Origin: Candidatus Hecatella orcuttiae
Lineage (GTDB): Archaea > Thermoproteota > Bathyarchaeia > Hecatellales > Hecatellaceae
Assembly: GCA_002011035.2 (NCBI GenBank)
Contig: MTLY02000003.1
Span: 667,053-731,052 of the forward strand
Direction of reading: 5' to 3'
DNA: 64,000 nt
Made by a program: the position numbers and the translations under genes. The notes below the pieces were generated by a model. That model searched no databases. It was given only the letters and a program-made list of their open reading frames with translations, and was not told where the DNA came from. This document shows, one piece after another, positions 46,542 to 55,678 of the stretch (the stretch's first letter is position 1; every line of letters starts with the position of its first letter).

Positions 46542-47407
46542 CCTCCCCTTAACGCTTTATCCGCCGCCTGGGTTAACGCATGTTTAACGAAAACCCTGCT
46601 CAGCTCCCGGCGATATTCGGCGGAGGCTCTGACATCGCTGATGGGCCTAGTTTCCTCCGAGGCTGTTTCAGCCGCCTCCTCAACAAGGGAAGCCTCCAGT
46701 TTTCTCCCTTTAACCAAAGCCTCAGCCTTCCCAGCCCTCAGGGGCGTGGGCGCCACCGCCCCCAGCACTATTCTAGCATCTTCGCAGGCGCCGTTCAAGC
46801 CTAAGGTAACCCGGACCGCAGCGTTCACCAGAGCGATATCCCTTCGCGTCCGACCCTTTTTGAGGAATACCGCCGCCGTGCGAGCTGGCTGCGGTGGAAC
46901 TTGGATTTCGGCGAGGAGTTCCCCCTTCTGCAGAACGGTTTTCCTAGGGCCTAGGAAAAACTCCTCTAAGGTGACGGTTCTCTCCCCGGTGGGGTTGAGT
47001 ATTTTCGCCTTGGCTTCCAAGGCAATCAGCCCTGGAGGGAAATCTGCGGAGGGCACAGCGCTGCAGATGTTTCCCCCAACTGTAGCGGTGTTTCGAATGG
47101 AAGGGTCGCCCATCCGGGAGGCTTCCTCCCAGAGGACGCTGTAGGGTTCCCTCTTCAACAGTTTGGAGTCTAAGACTTCGGAAAGCGTGGTGGCGGCGCC
47201 GATCTTTAAGTGGTCTCCCTCGCTTTTAACGTAGTTCAAGCCTAAGCGGGTAATGTCCACGAGGCATTCAACCTCCGGCTTCTCAACCAGTAAGTCTGTG
47301 CCCCCTGCAATGGGCCTCGCCCGCTCTCCGTACTTGGCCAGCAGAGAAACAGCCTCCTCCACGGTCATAGGCCTGTAGTACTCTGTAGGCCTGAAAAGTT
47401 TCTTCAC
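46538..47407 (-). CDS. Xanthine dehydrogenase-family FAD medium subunit
   Basis: IAGGTDL, IRNTATVGGN, PSAD, PISDVRASAEYR. Confidence 0.95.
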   Translation of the reverse strand: MKKLFRPTEYYRPMTVEEAVSLLAKYGERARPIAGGTDLLVEKPEVECLVDITRLGLNYVKSEGDHLKIGAATTLSEVLDSKLLKREPYSVLWEEASRMGDPSIRNTATVGGNICSAVPSADFPPGLIALEAKAKILNPTGERTVTLEEFFLGPRKTVLQKGELLAEIQVPPQPARTAAVFLKKGRTRRDIALVNAAVRVTLGLNGACEDARIVLGAVAPTPLRAGKAEALVKGRKLEASLVEEAAETASEETRPISDVRASAEYRRELSRVFVKHALTQAADKALRGG

Positions 47408-47541
47408 CTGCGAGCCTCCTCTTATGTATAAGTTTAGTTGACGGTGTATCTGTGTAACCTCTTTAGCCTTATTTATTTTTTCCGCCGGACTTGTGAAAGA
47501 AATCTGATTCTCTCTTAGCTTTGCATGCTAAGCCTTGGAAC

Positions 47542-47994
47542 CTATTTGACGCCTATTCTTTTGTACAGGTTCAGGCATTCTTCGGATAACACGCCTTCGA
47601 CGATTTCGATGCTGGCTGAAGCCTTTTCTATCAAAAATCTGCATCTGACAGGGATTCTTTTTTTACCTAGTTTAGCTGTTTCCTCCATGGATGCGCCGTA
47701 AACTATCCTAGTTAAGCCTGCCCATATGCATGCGGCTGAGCACATGGGGCAAGGTTCATGGGTGGCGATGATGGTGCTCCCCTCGAAGCCTAGTCCGCTG
47801 AGTTTTTTCGCAGCCTTTCTGATGGCGTTGATTTCAGCGTGGGCAGTAGGATCACTGTCTGTGACCTCGGTGTTATGGGCCTTGGCAACGATTTTTCCTC
47901 TTGACACAATGACGGCTCCGTATCCCTTGTTTCCCTCCTTCAAGGCCAACTCAGCTTCTTTGAGGGATATTTTCATGAATTTTTCCCATCCCAT
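47542..47994 (-). CDS. Zn-dependent nucleoside/nucleobase deaminase (CDA/TadA/GuaD fold)
   Basis: AHAEINAI and EPCPMC motifs. Confidence 0.9.
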   Translation of the reverse strand: MGWEKFMKISLKEAELALKEGNKGYGAVIVSRGKIVAKAHNTEVTDSDPTAHAEINAIRKAAKKLSGLGFEGSTIIATHEPCPMCSAACIWAGLTRIVYGASMEETAKLGKKRIPVRCRFLIEKASASIEIVEGVLSEECLNLYKRIGVK

Positions 47995-48004
47995 TGGGGA
48001 AGCC

Positions 48005-48499
48005 TCACTTTCCTAACTCGATAATCTCTTCGCAAAATTGCGCATACGGCCTGATTTTATCGTAGTTTCTTTTGAATTTTAGGTTCGGATTGACTTGGCG
48101 GATGAAGTCTTCCGTCGACTTCTCGTAAGCCTCTCTGCAAACTTCTCTGGTGTCGAAGCCTAGAAGCCTACATGCCTCTAAAATCGGGCAGAAATTGTAC
48201 GACCTGAAAACGATCCGGTGTTGAGATTTTTTCACTATCTTAACTTCATCCCGGTTGATCCCTATCTTGAGAAGGAGAAGCTCAAAGGCTTTCTCCACAT
48301 CTGTCCCTTCCAATTTCAACATGCTTTTATTTTTTCTAAACCAAGTTAGTCTTTTGTTTAAAACTTGGCTTTCCAGAATTTTCCAGTTTCTGTTTTTCCA
48401 TTCCGCTATTTCTTTCAGTTTTTTAACGGCGTCTTTCACCATCCTTTGCTGGCTGTCGGTTATTTTTCCGTTCCGCAACTTGGTAAACGTGAGTTTCAC
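48005..48499 (-). CDS. Hypothetical protein, ATC-hydrolase/V4R-like Cys-containing domain
   Basis: NFCPILEAC, VC, RPYAQFCEE pattern; directly upstream of the deaminase. Confidence 0.55.
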   Translation of the reverse strand: MKLTFTKLRNGKITDSQQRMVKDAVKKLKEIAEWKNRNWKILESQVLNKRLTWFRKNKSMLKLEGTDVEKAFELLLLKIGINRDEVKIVKKSQHRIVFRSYNFCPILEACRLLGFDTREVCREAYEKSTEDFIRQVNPNLKFKRNYDKIRPYAQFCEEIIELGK

Positions 48500-48586
48500 C
48501 GAAGATCACTGGGAGCTAGGGCTTAAATGATTAATCCCGTCAAAGTTTTATAGAAGTTCCCGAATAACTGTTTTCCGTGGTTTATT

Positions 48587-49957
48587 TTGACTGAGACAAC
48601 CATCATCAAAAACGGTATCGTCGTAACTGTTGACGAGGAGAACAGAATATACAAAGATGGCGCGCTCGCCATTCAAGACGGCCGCATCGTGGATTTGGGC
48701 GAAACTGAAAAAATCGAAAAGGAGTATAAAGGGGACATCATCATCGACGCTCGCAAGAAAGCGGTTCTCCCCGGGTTCATAAACCTCCATGCCCATTCAG
48801 GTTTGATTCGCGGCACAGCTGAGGACTTACCTCTCTGGGAATGGCTGGCTAAATGGATTGACCCTAAGCATAAGGTTCTGACCAACGAAGACGCCTATAT
48901 TGCTGCCTCCCTCTGCTACGCTGAGATGGTCAAAGCCGGGATCACCTGCGTTTTAGACATGTACCGTTTCATGCATCGGTGTGCAGACGCAGCTGAGGAG
49001 GTCGGTATCCGAGCTGTGCTGGCCCCCTACGTAGCTGACCGTCCTGAGTACGATTATTTCGAGAAGCTCAGCGACAACATCAAATTGGTTGAGGCAAGAC
49101 ATGGAAGCGCCAACGGCCGTATACATGTGTGGTTCGGGTTAGAGCACTTGCTCTACTGCACCGAAGAAGCCTACTACAAGGTGAGTGAACTTTCAAAGAA
49201 ATACGGTGTAGGCATCCACACCCACGGAGAAGAGTCCCTGGAGGTCGCTTTAAGGTTAACCAAGGAGTATGGGCGTTATCCCATCCAAATATTCCACGAC
49301 AGAGGCATCTTAGGCCCTAAGACTGTGCTCGCTCACTGCGTTTGGCTCAATCCGACGGAAATCAAACTCCTCGCAGCCACTAAGACAAGCGTAGCACACT
49401 GCCCTGTCTGCAACATGAAGATAGCCTCAGGGGTGGCTCCAATCCCCGACTATCTTAACCAAGGCGTCAACGTGGGGTTAGGAAGCGATGGAATAAAAGA
49501 GAACAACCGATGCGACCTAATCCAAGAGATGAAAGTAGCCGCCATCCTGCAAAAAGTCCACCGGCTGAACGCTTCGCTTCTGCCCGTGGAGCAAGTGTTA
49601 CGCATGGCCACCATCAACGGGGCGAAAGCCTTGGGCTTGGAGAAGGAAATAGGCTCCTTGGAAAAAGGTAAGAAAGCAGATGTTATTCTCATCGACTTTA
49701 AGAAACTTCACCTAACTCCCTTCCTAGTGGGGAAATACTTCAACATCCTCGCCAACATAGTCTATGCAGCCCAAGCCAGCGATGTGGACACAGTTCTGGT
49801 AGACGGAAGAATAGTCATGGAAAACCGTCGGCTGCTAACCGTGAACGAAGAAGAACTGATGGAAAAACATACAAAAGCCACTGAGGAGCTTCTGGAGAGA
49901 AGAGAACCTTTCGTCCCCAAAGAAGTTCCAACAGCATGGGATGTGAAAATAAAATAA
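48587..49957 (+). CDS. Amidohydrolase, MTA/SAH-deaminase-like
   Basis: PGFINLHAH, HGEE (HxxE), LAHCV, GSDG, GSLEKGKKAD. Confidence 0.9.
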   Translation: MTETTIIKNGIVVTVDEENRIYKDGALAIQDGRIVDLGETEKIEKEYKGDIIIDARKKAVLPGFINLHAHSGLIRGTAEDLPLWEWLAKWIDPKHKVLTNEDAYIAASLCYAEMVKAGITCVLDMYRFMHRCADAAEEVGIRAVLAPYVADRPEYDYFEKLSDNIKLVEARHGSANGRIHVWFGLEHLLYCTEEAYYKVSELSKKYGVGIHTHGEESLEVALRLTKEYGRYPIQIFHDRGILGPKTVLAHCVWLNPTEIKLLAATKTSVAHCPVCNMKIASGVAPIPDYLNQGVNVGLGSDGIKENNRCDLIQEMKVAAILQKVHRLNASLLPVEQVLRMATINGAKALGLEKEIGSLEKGKKADVILIDFKKLHLTPFLVGKYFNILANIVYAAQASDVDTVLVDGRIVMENRRLLTVNEEELMEKHTKATEELLERREPFVPKEVPTAWDVKIK

Positions 49958-50015
49958 TCATCTTGTCTGATTTTCAACAATATCGGCGAGGGCGGCTAAA
50001 AAAAAGAAGGGGAAG

Positions 50016-51503
50016 TCATTCGCGCACCCATTTTAGCTCCCAAACTTCAGGCTTCTTAAGCCATGGTGCTGTGGGGACTATCTCCTCGCCGCATTTTTGA
50101 ACATAGTCGATTACTTTATCTTCGTCAACCGTCTTGACCACGCCTTTCTCCATCACTATCTTGCCGTCGATGATCACGGTGTCCGCTGAGTGGCCTGTTC
50201 CGTTGTACACGAAATTGTTGATGACAGTGTACTTTGTGACGGGAACCCAGTACACTTTTCGAAGGTTCCACATGACGATGTCCGCCTTTTTCCCCACTTC
50301 CAAGGAGCCGATGTCCTTATCCCACAAGAGGGCTTTAGCGCCGTTCAACGTCGCCATCTCCAAGACTTTAGGATTCGGGTCGGCGGTTTTGAGCATAAAC
50401 AAGTCTGGGTCTGGGAAGATGTAGGGATGCCACGCTTCAGCATGACCTACGGCCACCGTCCAGATGTCTCGGACAAGGTCGTGCGCCGTTCCAGTGCTTG
50501 ATTCGTCGTTTCCGATGCAGACGTTTATCCCCATGTTCACCATCTGCGGAATCTTCCCCCGCATGGAGACCGCTGAATATACGCCGTGCATGCTTGAACC
50601 GGGGACATGAACCACGTTGGAATTGGTTTCTTTAAGCATCAAAAGCTCCCGCCCGTTCACCCAAGCCATGTGGGCTGCCATGAAGTCCGGCCCTAGGACC
50701 CCATGCTCGTAAAGATATTCTATATCCCTCTTACCGAAACGTTTGCGGGTCATTTCAACCATGTCATGGGACACACCGGCGTGGGTTAGGATCCCTATCT
50801 TATACTTATCAGCCAATTCCCTCACTCCCCTGCACAGCTCAGGGGTGACGTTACAGACTTGCTGCAGGTCAAGCCAAGCTTTGATGCGGCCATTGGCTGC
50901 GCCTTCGTATTTTTTGATAAATTCTTCGCTTCGCTTTAGGCATACGTCTGTGGACTCTCTAAGCCTGTCACACAGTTCAGTGAAAGCATCATAGGAGGCG
51001 TAGTCTGATTTCGTAGCTTCATGAATGTCCATCAAGTCTCTTCCCAGCACAGCTCTCATGCCTATTTCGGTGACAGCCTTAGCCGGGGCTTCTTCCATCG
51101 TTTGGATGGTGCCGCAGTCGCATACTGTGGTTGTTCCGGTTTTCACAGCCTCCAAAAGGTTCTTCAACGCAGCATAATAGTAGTTCTCTTCAGTCAGCTT
51201 CATGTAGGTCCAAGAGAAGTATCTCTCACACCAAGGGACAACAGGCACATCGTCCATCATACTTTTATCGTAAGCGGATTCCAGATGTATGTGTCCGTTG
51301 ATCAAGCCTGGTGTGACGAAGAAGTTTTTTCCGTCAATTACCACGTCGGCTTTATGTTTCTTCTTCACGTCGGAGGGGTCTCCGATGTCAACTATTCTAT
51401 TTCCCTCTATTGCTATGGAGGCGTTTTCTAGAAGTCGCCTTTGGCTGTCCATGGTGAGGACGAAGCGGGCGTTTTCGATCAAAATATCAGCCATACTTAA
51501 CAC
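50016..51503 (-). CDS. Amidohydrolase (Atz/Trz-like), atypical active site
   Basis: PGLINGHIH, AAHMAW, GND, GSLEVGKKAD; the beta-5 motif reads HAGV instead of HxxE. Confidence 0.85.
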   Translation of the reverse strand: MLSMADILIENARFVLTMDSQRRLLENASIAIEGNRIVDIGDPSDVKKKHKADVVIDGKNFFVTPGLINGHIHLESAYDKSMMDDVPVVPWCERYFSWTYMKLTEENYYYAALKNLLEAVKTGTTTVCDCGTIQTMEEAPAKAVTEIGMRAVLGRDLMDIHEATKSDYASYDAFTELCDRLRESTDVCLKRSEEFIKKYEGAANGRIKAWLDLQQVCNVTPELCRGVRELADKYKIGILTHAGVSHDMVEMTRKRFGKRDIEYLYEHGVLGPDFMAAHMAWVNGRELLMLKETNSNVVHVPGSSMHGVYSAVSMRGKIPQMVNMGINVCIGNDESSTGTAHDLVRDIWTVAVGHAEAWHPYIFPDPDLFMLKTADPNPKVLEMATLNGAKALLWDKDIGSLEVGKKADIVMWNLRKVYWVPVTKYTVINNFVYNGTGHSADTVIIDGKIVMEKGVVKTVDEDKVIDYVQKCGEEIVPTAPWLKKPEVWELKWVRE

Positions 51504-51610
51504 CTGAAGTAAGGTACCGCTTAAAATTATATAAATCTTAGTTAAAAGAAATGAAAAATTTTTCTAACTTCGCGCGTAACTTAATAATGTTCAGCCACAG
51601 TTAAATATGC

Positions 51611-52861
51611 GTGAGAAAGATGGGTAAGGTCGTCATCACAAACATAGGTAAAATAATTTCAGGAAATCTGAAACAGCCCGTTTTGAAAGCAGACACTATA
51701 GTGGTTCAGGAAGGTAAAATCTCCCAAATCGGTTTCAGCGGGGAGGTGGATGTGGAAAACGCTCAACATATCGTGGACGCCAACGGAATGGTTGTAACTC
51801 CCGGCTTCATCGACTCTCACACCCATCAGCTGATCGGAGACTGGAATCCCATACACAATTCGCTGAGGTGGATGGAAAGCTATCTGCTAGCCGGGGTCAC
51901 CACTCTCATCTCGCAGGGGGAAGCTGTAACCCCTGGATACCCCGGAGACCCAGCTGGGATGAAAGCTATGTCCATAGCCGCTGCCAAATGCTACAAAAAT
52001 TTCAGACCTGGAGGTGCTTTGAAGGTTCACGGAGGCGCCGTCAGCCTTGTCGAAGGATTCACGGAGGATGATTTCAGGGAGATGGCTGAAGCAGGCGTTT
52101 GGCTGGTGGCTGAAATAGGCTGCTTTGGCATAGCCCAGCCTGATAAGGTTAAACCCATGGTGGGGTGGGCTCGGAAATACGGGATGAAAGTCACCATGCA
52201 TCTGGCGCCCCCCTCCGTGCCTACTTCCACTGGGCTGGGCGCTCATGAGATCATGGAAGTAAACCCGGACATAGTGGCTCATGTCAACGGCGGCTCCACC
52301 GCGGCACCCCTGCGGGATGTGGAAATGCTGGTTAAGGAAACAGACCTTCCCTTAGAGTTCGTTTTCAACGGTAATCCTAAGGTGGGCGTTGAAATGATCA
52401 GGATGATGGTGGAGAGAAAAGTGTTCCATCGGCTGATCATAGGGTCTGATTCCCCCACCGGCAACGGGCTTATTCCCACGGCTGTCCTTCGGACAGTGGT
52501 TCAAATTTCTTCCCTGAATGAGGTTCCCGCGGAAACCGTCATCGCAGCGGCCACAGGCACCACTGCAGATGTATTCGGATTGAAGGATGTGGGTAAAATA
52601 GAAGTAGGCCGCGCCGCTGACTTGTTGGTGATAGATAAACCCGCCGGCTCGGTGGGAGCGGACGCTTTAGAAGCCATCGAGGCAGGGGACATTCCTGGAA
52701 CAGCCATGATAATGGTGGACGGGCGAATAGTCGCCTACCGAGGGCGAGACACCCGGCAGACGGCGAGATACGTAAAAGTGGACGGCGTGGAAAAAAGAAT
52801 CATGACCCCGGAAGACTACCTCTACGGGCCTTACAGGTTCAGCGGCGAAGTCTTATCTTGA
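51611..52861 (+). CDS. Enamidase-like binuclear amidohydrolase
   Basis: IDSHTH..GDW.P, GVTTLIS.GE, KVHGGA, AEIG, AHVNGG.TA, GSDSPTG.G match the enamidase of anaerobic nicotinate fermentation. Confidence 0.8.
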   Translation: MRKMGKVVITNIGKIISGNLKQPVLKADTIVVQEGKISQIGFSGEVDVENAQHIVDANGMVVTPGFIDSHTHQLIGDWNPIHNSLRWMESYLLAGVTTLISQGEAVTPGYPGDPAGMKAMSIAAAKCYKNFRPGGALKVHGGAVSLVEGFTEDDFREMAEAGVWLVAEIGCFGIAQPDKVKPMVGWARKYGMKVTMHLAPPSVPTSTGLGAHEIMEVNPDIVAHVNGGSTAAPLRDVEMLVKETDLPLEFVFNGNPKVGVEMIRMMVERKVFHRLIIGSDSPTGNGLIPTAVLRTVVQISSLNEVPAETVIAAATGTTADVFGLKDVGKIEVGRAADLLVIDKPAGSVGADALEAIEAGDIPGTAMIMVDGRIVAYRGRDTRQTARYVKVDGVEKRIMTPEDYLYGPYRFSGEVLS

Positions 52862-52892
52862 CAGCTAAAAATTCCACCCCACAAACCCCGGG

Positions 52893-54068
52893 TTACGCCA
52901 GAAACTCGGCGACCAATTCGGCGATGTCATATACGGCCATCTTCGCGCATCTCTCAGCGGCTACGTCGGTCATGTGAAGCTTGCAGGCTACGCATGCTGT
53001 GGCAATATTGGCAGCACCTATTTCCTCCGCCTCCTTAAGTCTTTTTTCAGCAATGTTGAAAGACAAGTTTCGATTAGTAGCTTTAAGGAGACCTCCCCCA
53101 CCGCAGCAGTTACTCCTCTCGCGGTTGTAGGGCATTTCCAGCAATTTGACTCCCGGGAGATTCTCTAAAATCTGCCTGGGCTCCTCGTAGATGCCGCCCA
53201 ACCTTCCGATTTCGCAAGGATCGTGGTATGTTACAACCGTTGTCCGCGGCTTAAACTTTAATCTGCCTCCGTTCACCTGGGAGCTTAGAAATTGTGAAAA
53301 ATGCTCAATCTCGATTTCAGGGTCTATGCCGAGTAAGGTGGGGTATTCATGTTTAAACGCAAGGTAGCATCCAGCGCAGTTCGTGACGAGTTTCTCCACT
53401 CCCAATTCTTTGAGTTTTCTCAGGTTGTGCTCCGCTAACCTGTTTGCCGAAAAAGTTTTCCCTGCAAGAATCAAAGGGTGACCGCAGCACCATTCATCGG
53501 AACCGAGTATGGTGTAGTTTACTCCCGCTGAGTCAAGGATTCGGACGGTGGATTCAGGTATGGAGGCTATTCTGCCTGTGAAGGCGGAGACGCAGCCTAT
53601 AAAGTAGGCGATTTTAGCCGGCTTGTTGATTCTAGGTAAAACCTGCTCTTCGATCATCATCGACCAAATGGTTCGCTCGGAGTTGGGCATTGAAAAAATG
53701 TTGTTCTCCTTCAGGACGGCTTTATCGATCTCCTTAGCCGGCGGAGGAAGCAGTCCTCTGTTTCCAAGCTCTGCCCGGGTTGCCGTCCACAACTTTGTGA
53801 GGTCGATTTTAGATTGACATACCTCTTTACAGTGGCCACAGAGTGTACACTGAAAAACTCTCTCTGCAAACTTATCGCTGAACGGACGCTGTTCAAGCGA
53901 ATGTTTCCCTCCGAGAAGTAGCTTCATGTAGTATATTTTTCCCCGGGGGGCTGTTGACTCCCATGCGAGCTGATCGAACACTGGGCAGATAACCCGGCAG
54001 TAACCGCACTGGGAGCAGACCCACGGCTCCGACGCCATATTAAAGTGCTCCAACATGGAAAGCTTCAA
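52893..54068 (-). CDS. HdrD/GlcF-like Fe-S oxidoreductase (2x[4Fe-4S] plus 2 CCG domains)
   Basis: CSQCGYCRVICP, CTLCGHCKEVC, WCCG, YHDPC, CCGGGG. Confidence 0.9.
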   Translation of the reverse strand: MKLSMLEHFNMASEPWVCSQCGYCRVICPVFDQLAWESTAPRGKIYYMKLLLGGKHSLEQRPFSDKFAERVFQCTLCGHCKEVCQSKIDLTKLWTATRAELGNRGLLPPPAKEIDKAVLKENNIFSMPNSERTIWSMMIEEQVLPRINKPAKIAYFIGCVSAFTGRIASIPESTVRILDSAGVNYTILGSDEWCCGHPLILAGKTFSANRLAEHNLRKLKELGVEKLVTNCAGCYLAFKHEYPTLLGIDPEIEIEHFSQFLSSQVNGGRLKFKPRTTVVTYHDPCEIGRLGGIYEEPRQILENLPGVKLLEMPYNRERSNCCGGGGLLKATNRNLSFNIAEKRLKEAEEIGAANIATACVACKLHMTDVAAERCAKMAVYDIAELVAEFLA

Positions 54069-54083
54069 GGGACATAATCCTCC

Positions 54084-55547
54084 CTAAATAAGCCGGTTAA
54101 CAAGGGCTCCAACGGCCATGGACAGGCGGTAGAATCTCGGAGGGATGGGAAACCCGAATCTTGTACTCGCCTCGAAGAATTTACCCGGGTTCATTATCCC
54201 TCTGGGGTCCAGCTTCTTTTTCACACGCTTAAGCTCCTCAAAATATTCCGTCCCGTATTTCTCGGCGGCATAGAAAGAATTCCAGAGGCCGATTCCGTAA
54301 GGGGAGCCCCCCTGCCTTAATCCTATGTCGGTTATATCTTTTATCAAGGCGAACTGGGTGGTGTACTTCAGCGTCTTTCTCTCATCCGTCAAAAACACCG
54401 CCATGACTAGGGCGGAATCTCTTGAAACCACGTAGCCTTCAACTCCGAGTTTAATGCCGTATTTTTTTTGAAGCAACTTGATTCCGCCGACGGTAGCACT
54501 CAGGCGGTTTAGGGGGACAACGACCTCCCCCGCCAGCAAGGTTGGGCCAAGCCGGCTTATCCGCATGGGGTTGAATCTTTCCTCCCACTCGTGAGTGCAC
54601 ACGTTTTCCTCAGCCAGTTTAGCTTTAGCCTTTCGGAATTCTTCTCCGAAGTAGTTGACCCCGCGGGTAACTTCGGACGCTGGCCCCTCATAGGCTGCTA
54701 GAAGAAAGTTTTCTTCCCGAATTTTCACCCGGCTTACTTGGTTCTTTAACTCCACGAGTTCCCTGTCCATGAACTTCAAAAGATAGGGAACAACTTCCGC
54801 TTTGGCTAGACTACTGAGGAGGTTTGCCACCGTTTCAAATTCAGAAGAATACAGTGCGCATACGGCTGTTTTTTCAGGTTTTCTACGGATTTTAAACTTT
54901 AAGCTTGTGATCACTCCGAGGACTCCCTCGGTGCCGAAAAACCACTTCATCTCAGGCTCCTCTGAGCCTGAGGTAAGCCGCTGTATCCGACCTTGGGGGG
55001 AAACCACCTCCAACTCTGCGATTTGCTCACCGAAATATCCGAACTTCAGAGAGCCTATCCCGTAGCCTCCCGTGCTGATCCAGCCGCCGACGGTGCTGGA
55101 CGGTGCGCTGGTCGGATAGGATAGCACGGTGTAACCTTCGCCTGACAGCTGGTCCATCAGTCTTTTCCATACTATCCCCGCCTCAACCTCCACGGAAGGC
55201 TCATCGGAATACAGCTTTTTGATCCTGTTCAATTTAACAAGGTCAAGCACGAGGCCGCCTTTAACCGGCACTGACCCCCCTAACGCCCACGTTCCAGCCC
55301 CTCGAGGCACTATGGGAATGCGGCGGTGAAAGGCGAACTCTACTACCTTCGCCACTTCCTGAACGTTTTCAGGCCTGACGATGGCGGCGGGTTGCATGTT
55401 GAAGAGTTTGGACAGAAAGCTCGGTATGGGCGCTGTGTCGTGACTGTAGAGGCTTTTCTCCAGCGGATCCTCGGAGATGTCTTCTTCCCCGACGATGTTG
55501 CTGAGGTGGGCGAATAATTCATCCATGGTAATGTAGGTGTTACTCAT
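54084..55547 (-). CDS. FAD-linked oxidase (GlcD/D-lactate dehydrogenase superfamily)
   Basis: PRGAGT..GG.VP, TVGGWI, GTEGVLGVIT, LDPRGIMNPGK. Confidence 0.88.
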   Translation of the reverse strand: MSNTYITMDELFAHLSNIVGEEDISEDPLEKSLYSHDTAPIPSFLSKLFNMQPAAIVRPENVQEVAKVVEFAFHRRIPIVPRGAGTWALGGSVPVKGGLVLDLVKLNRIKKLYSDEPSVEVEAGIVWKRLMDQLSGEGYTVLSYPTSAPSSTVGGWISTGGYGIGSLKFGYFGEQIAELEVVSPQGRIQRLTSGSEEPEMKWFFGTEGVLGVITSLKFKIRRKPEKTAVCALYSSEFETVANLLSSLAKAEVVPYLLKFMDRELVELKNQVSRVKIREENFLLAAYEGPASEVTRGVNYFGEEFRKAKAKLAEENVCTHEWEERFNPMRISRLGPTLLAGEVVVPLNRLSATVGGIKLLQKKYGIKLGVEGYVVSRDSALVMAVFLTDERKTLKYTTQFALIKDITDIGLRQGGSPYGIGLWNSFYAAEKYGTEYFEELKRVKKKLDPRGIMNPGKFFEASTRFGFPIPPRFYRLSMAVGALVNRLI

Positions 55548-55635
55548 CCCACCCTATTTATCCCTATTCCTGAATTCTCCCCAAAAGTTCCGGCTTTGCA
55601 GAGCTACGTTCCCAGTTGTCGCTGGCAGGAAATAA

Positions 55636-55651
55636 TTCCACACGTGTGGAA
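55636..55651. promoter_or_regulatory. Perfect 16-bp palindrome TTCCACACGTGTGGAA, putative operator
   Basis: Self-complementary and intergenic, upstream of the FAD-oxidase gene. Confidence 0.45.
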
Positions 55652-55678
55652 AAAGGCTGCGTGAAGAATAGACGCGGA

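Noticed and set aside
43759-47407. Aerobic CO dehydrogenase (cox) or 4-hydroxybenzoyl-CoA reductase
   Set aside because: The active-site loop is AFRGYG, not AYxCSFR, and the FAD subunit lacks the extra [4Fe-4S] insert of HcrB
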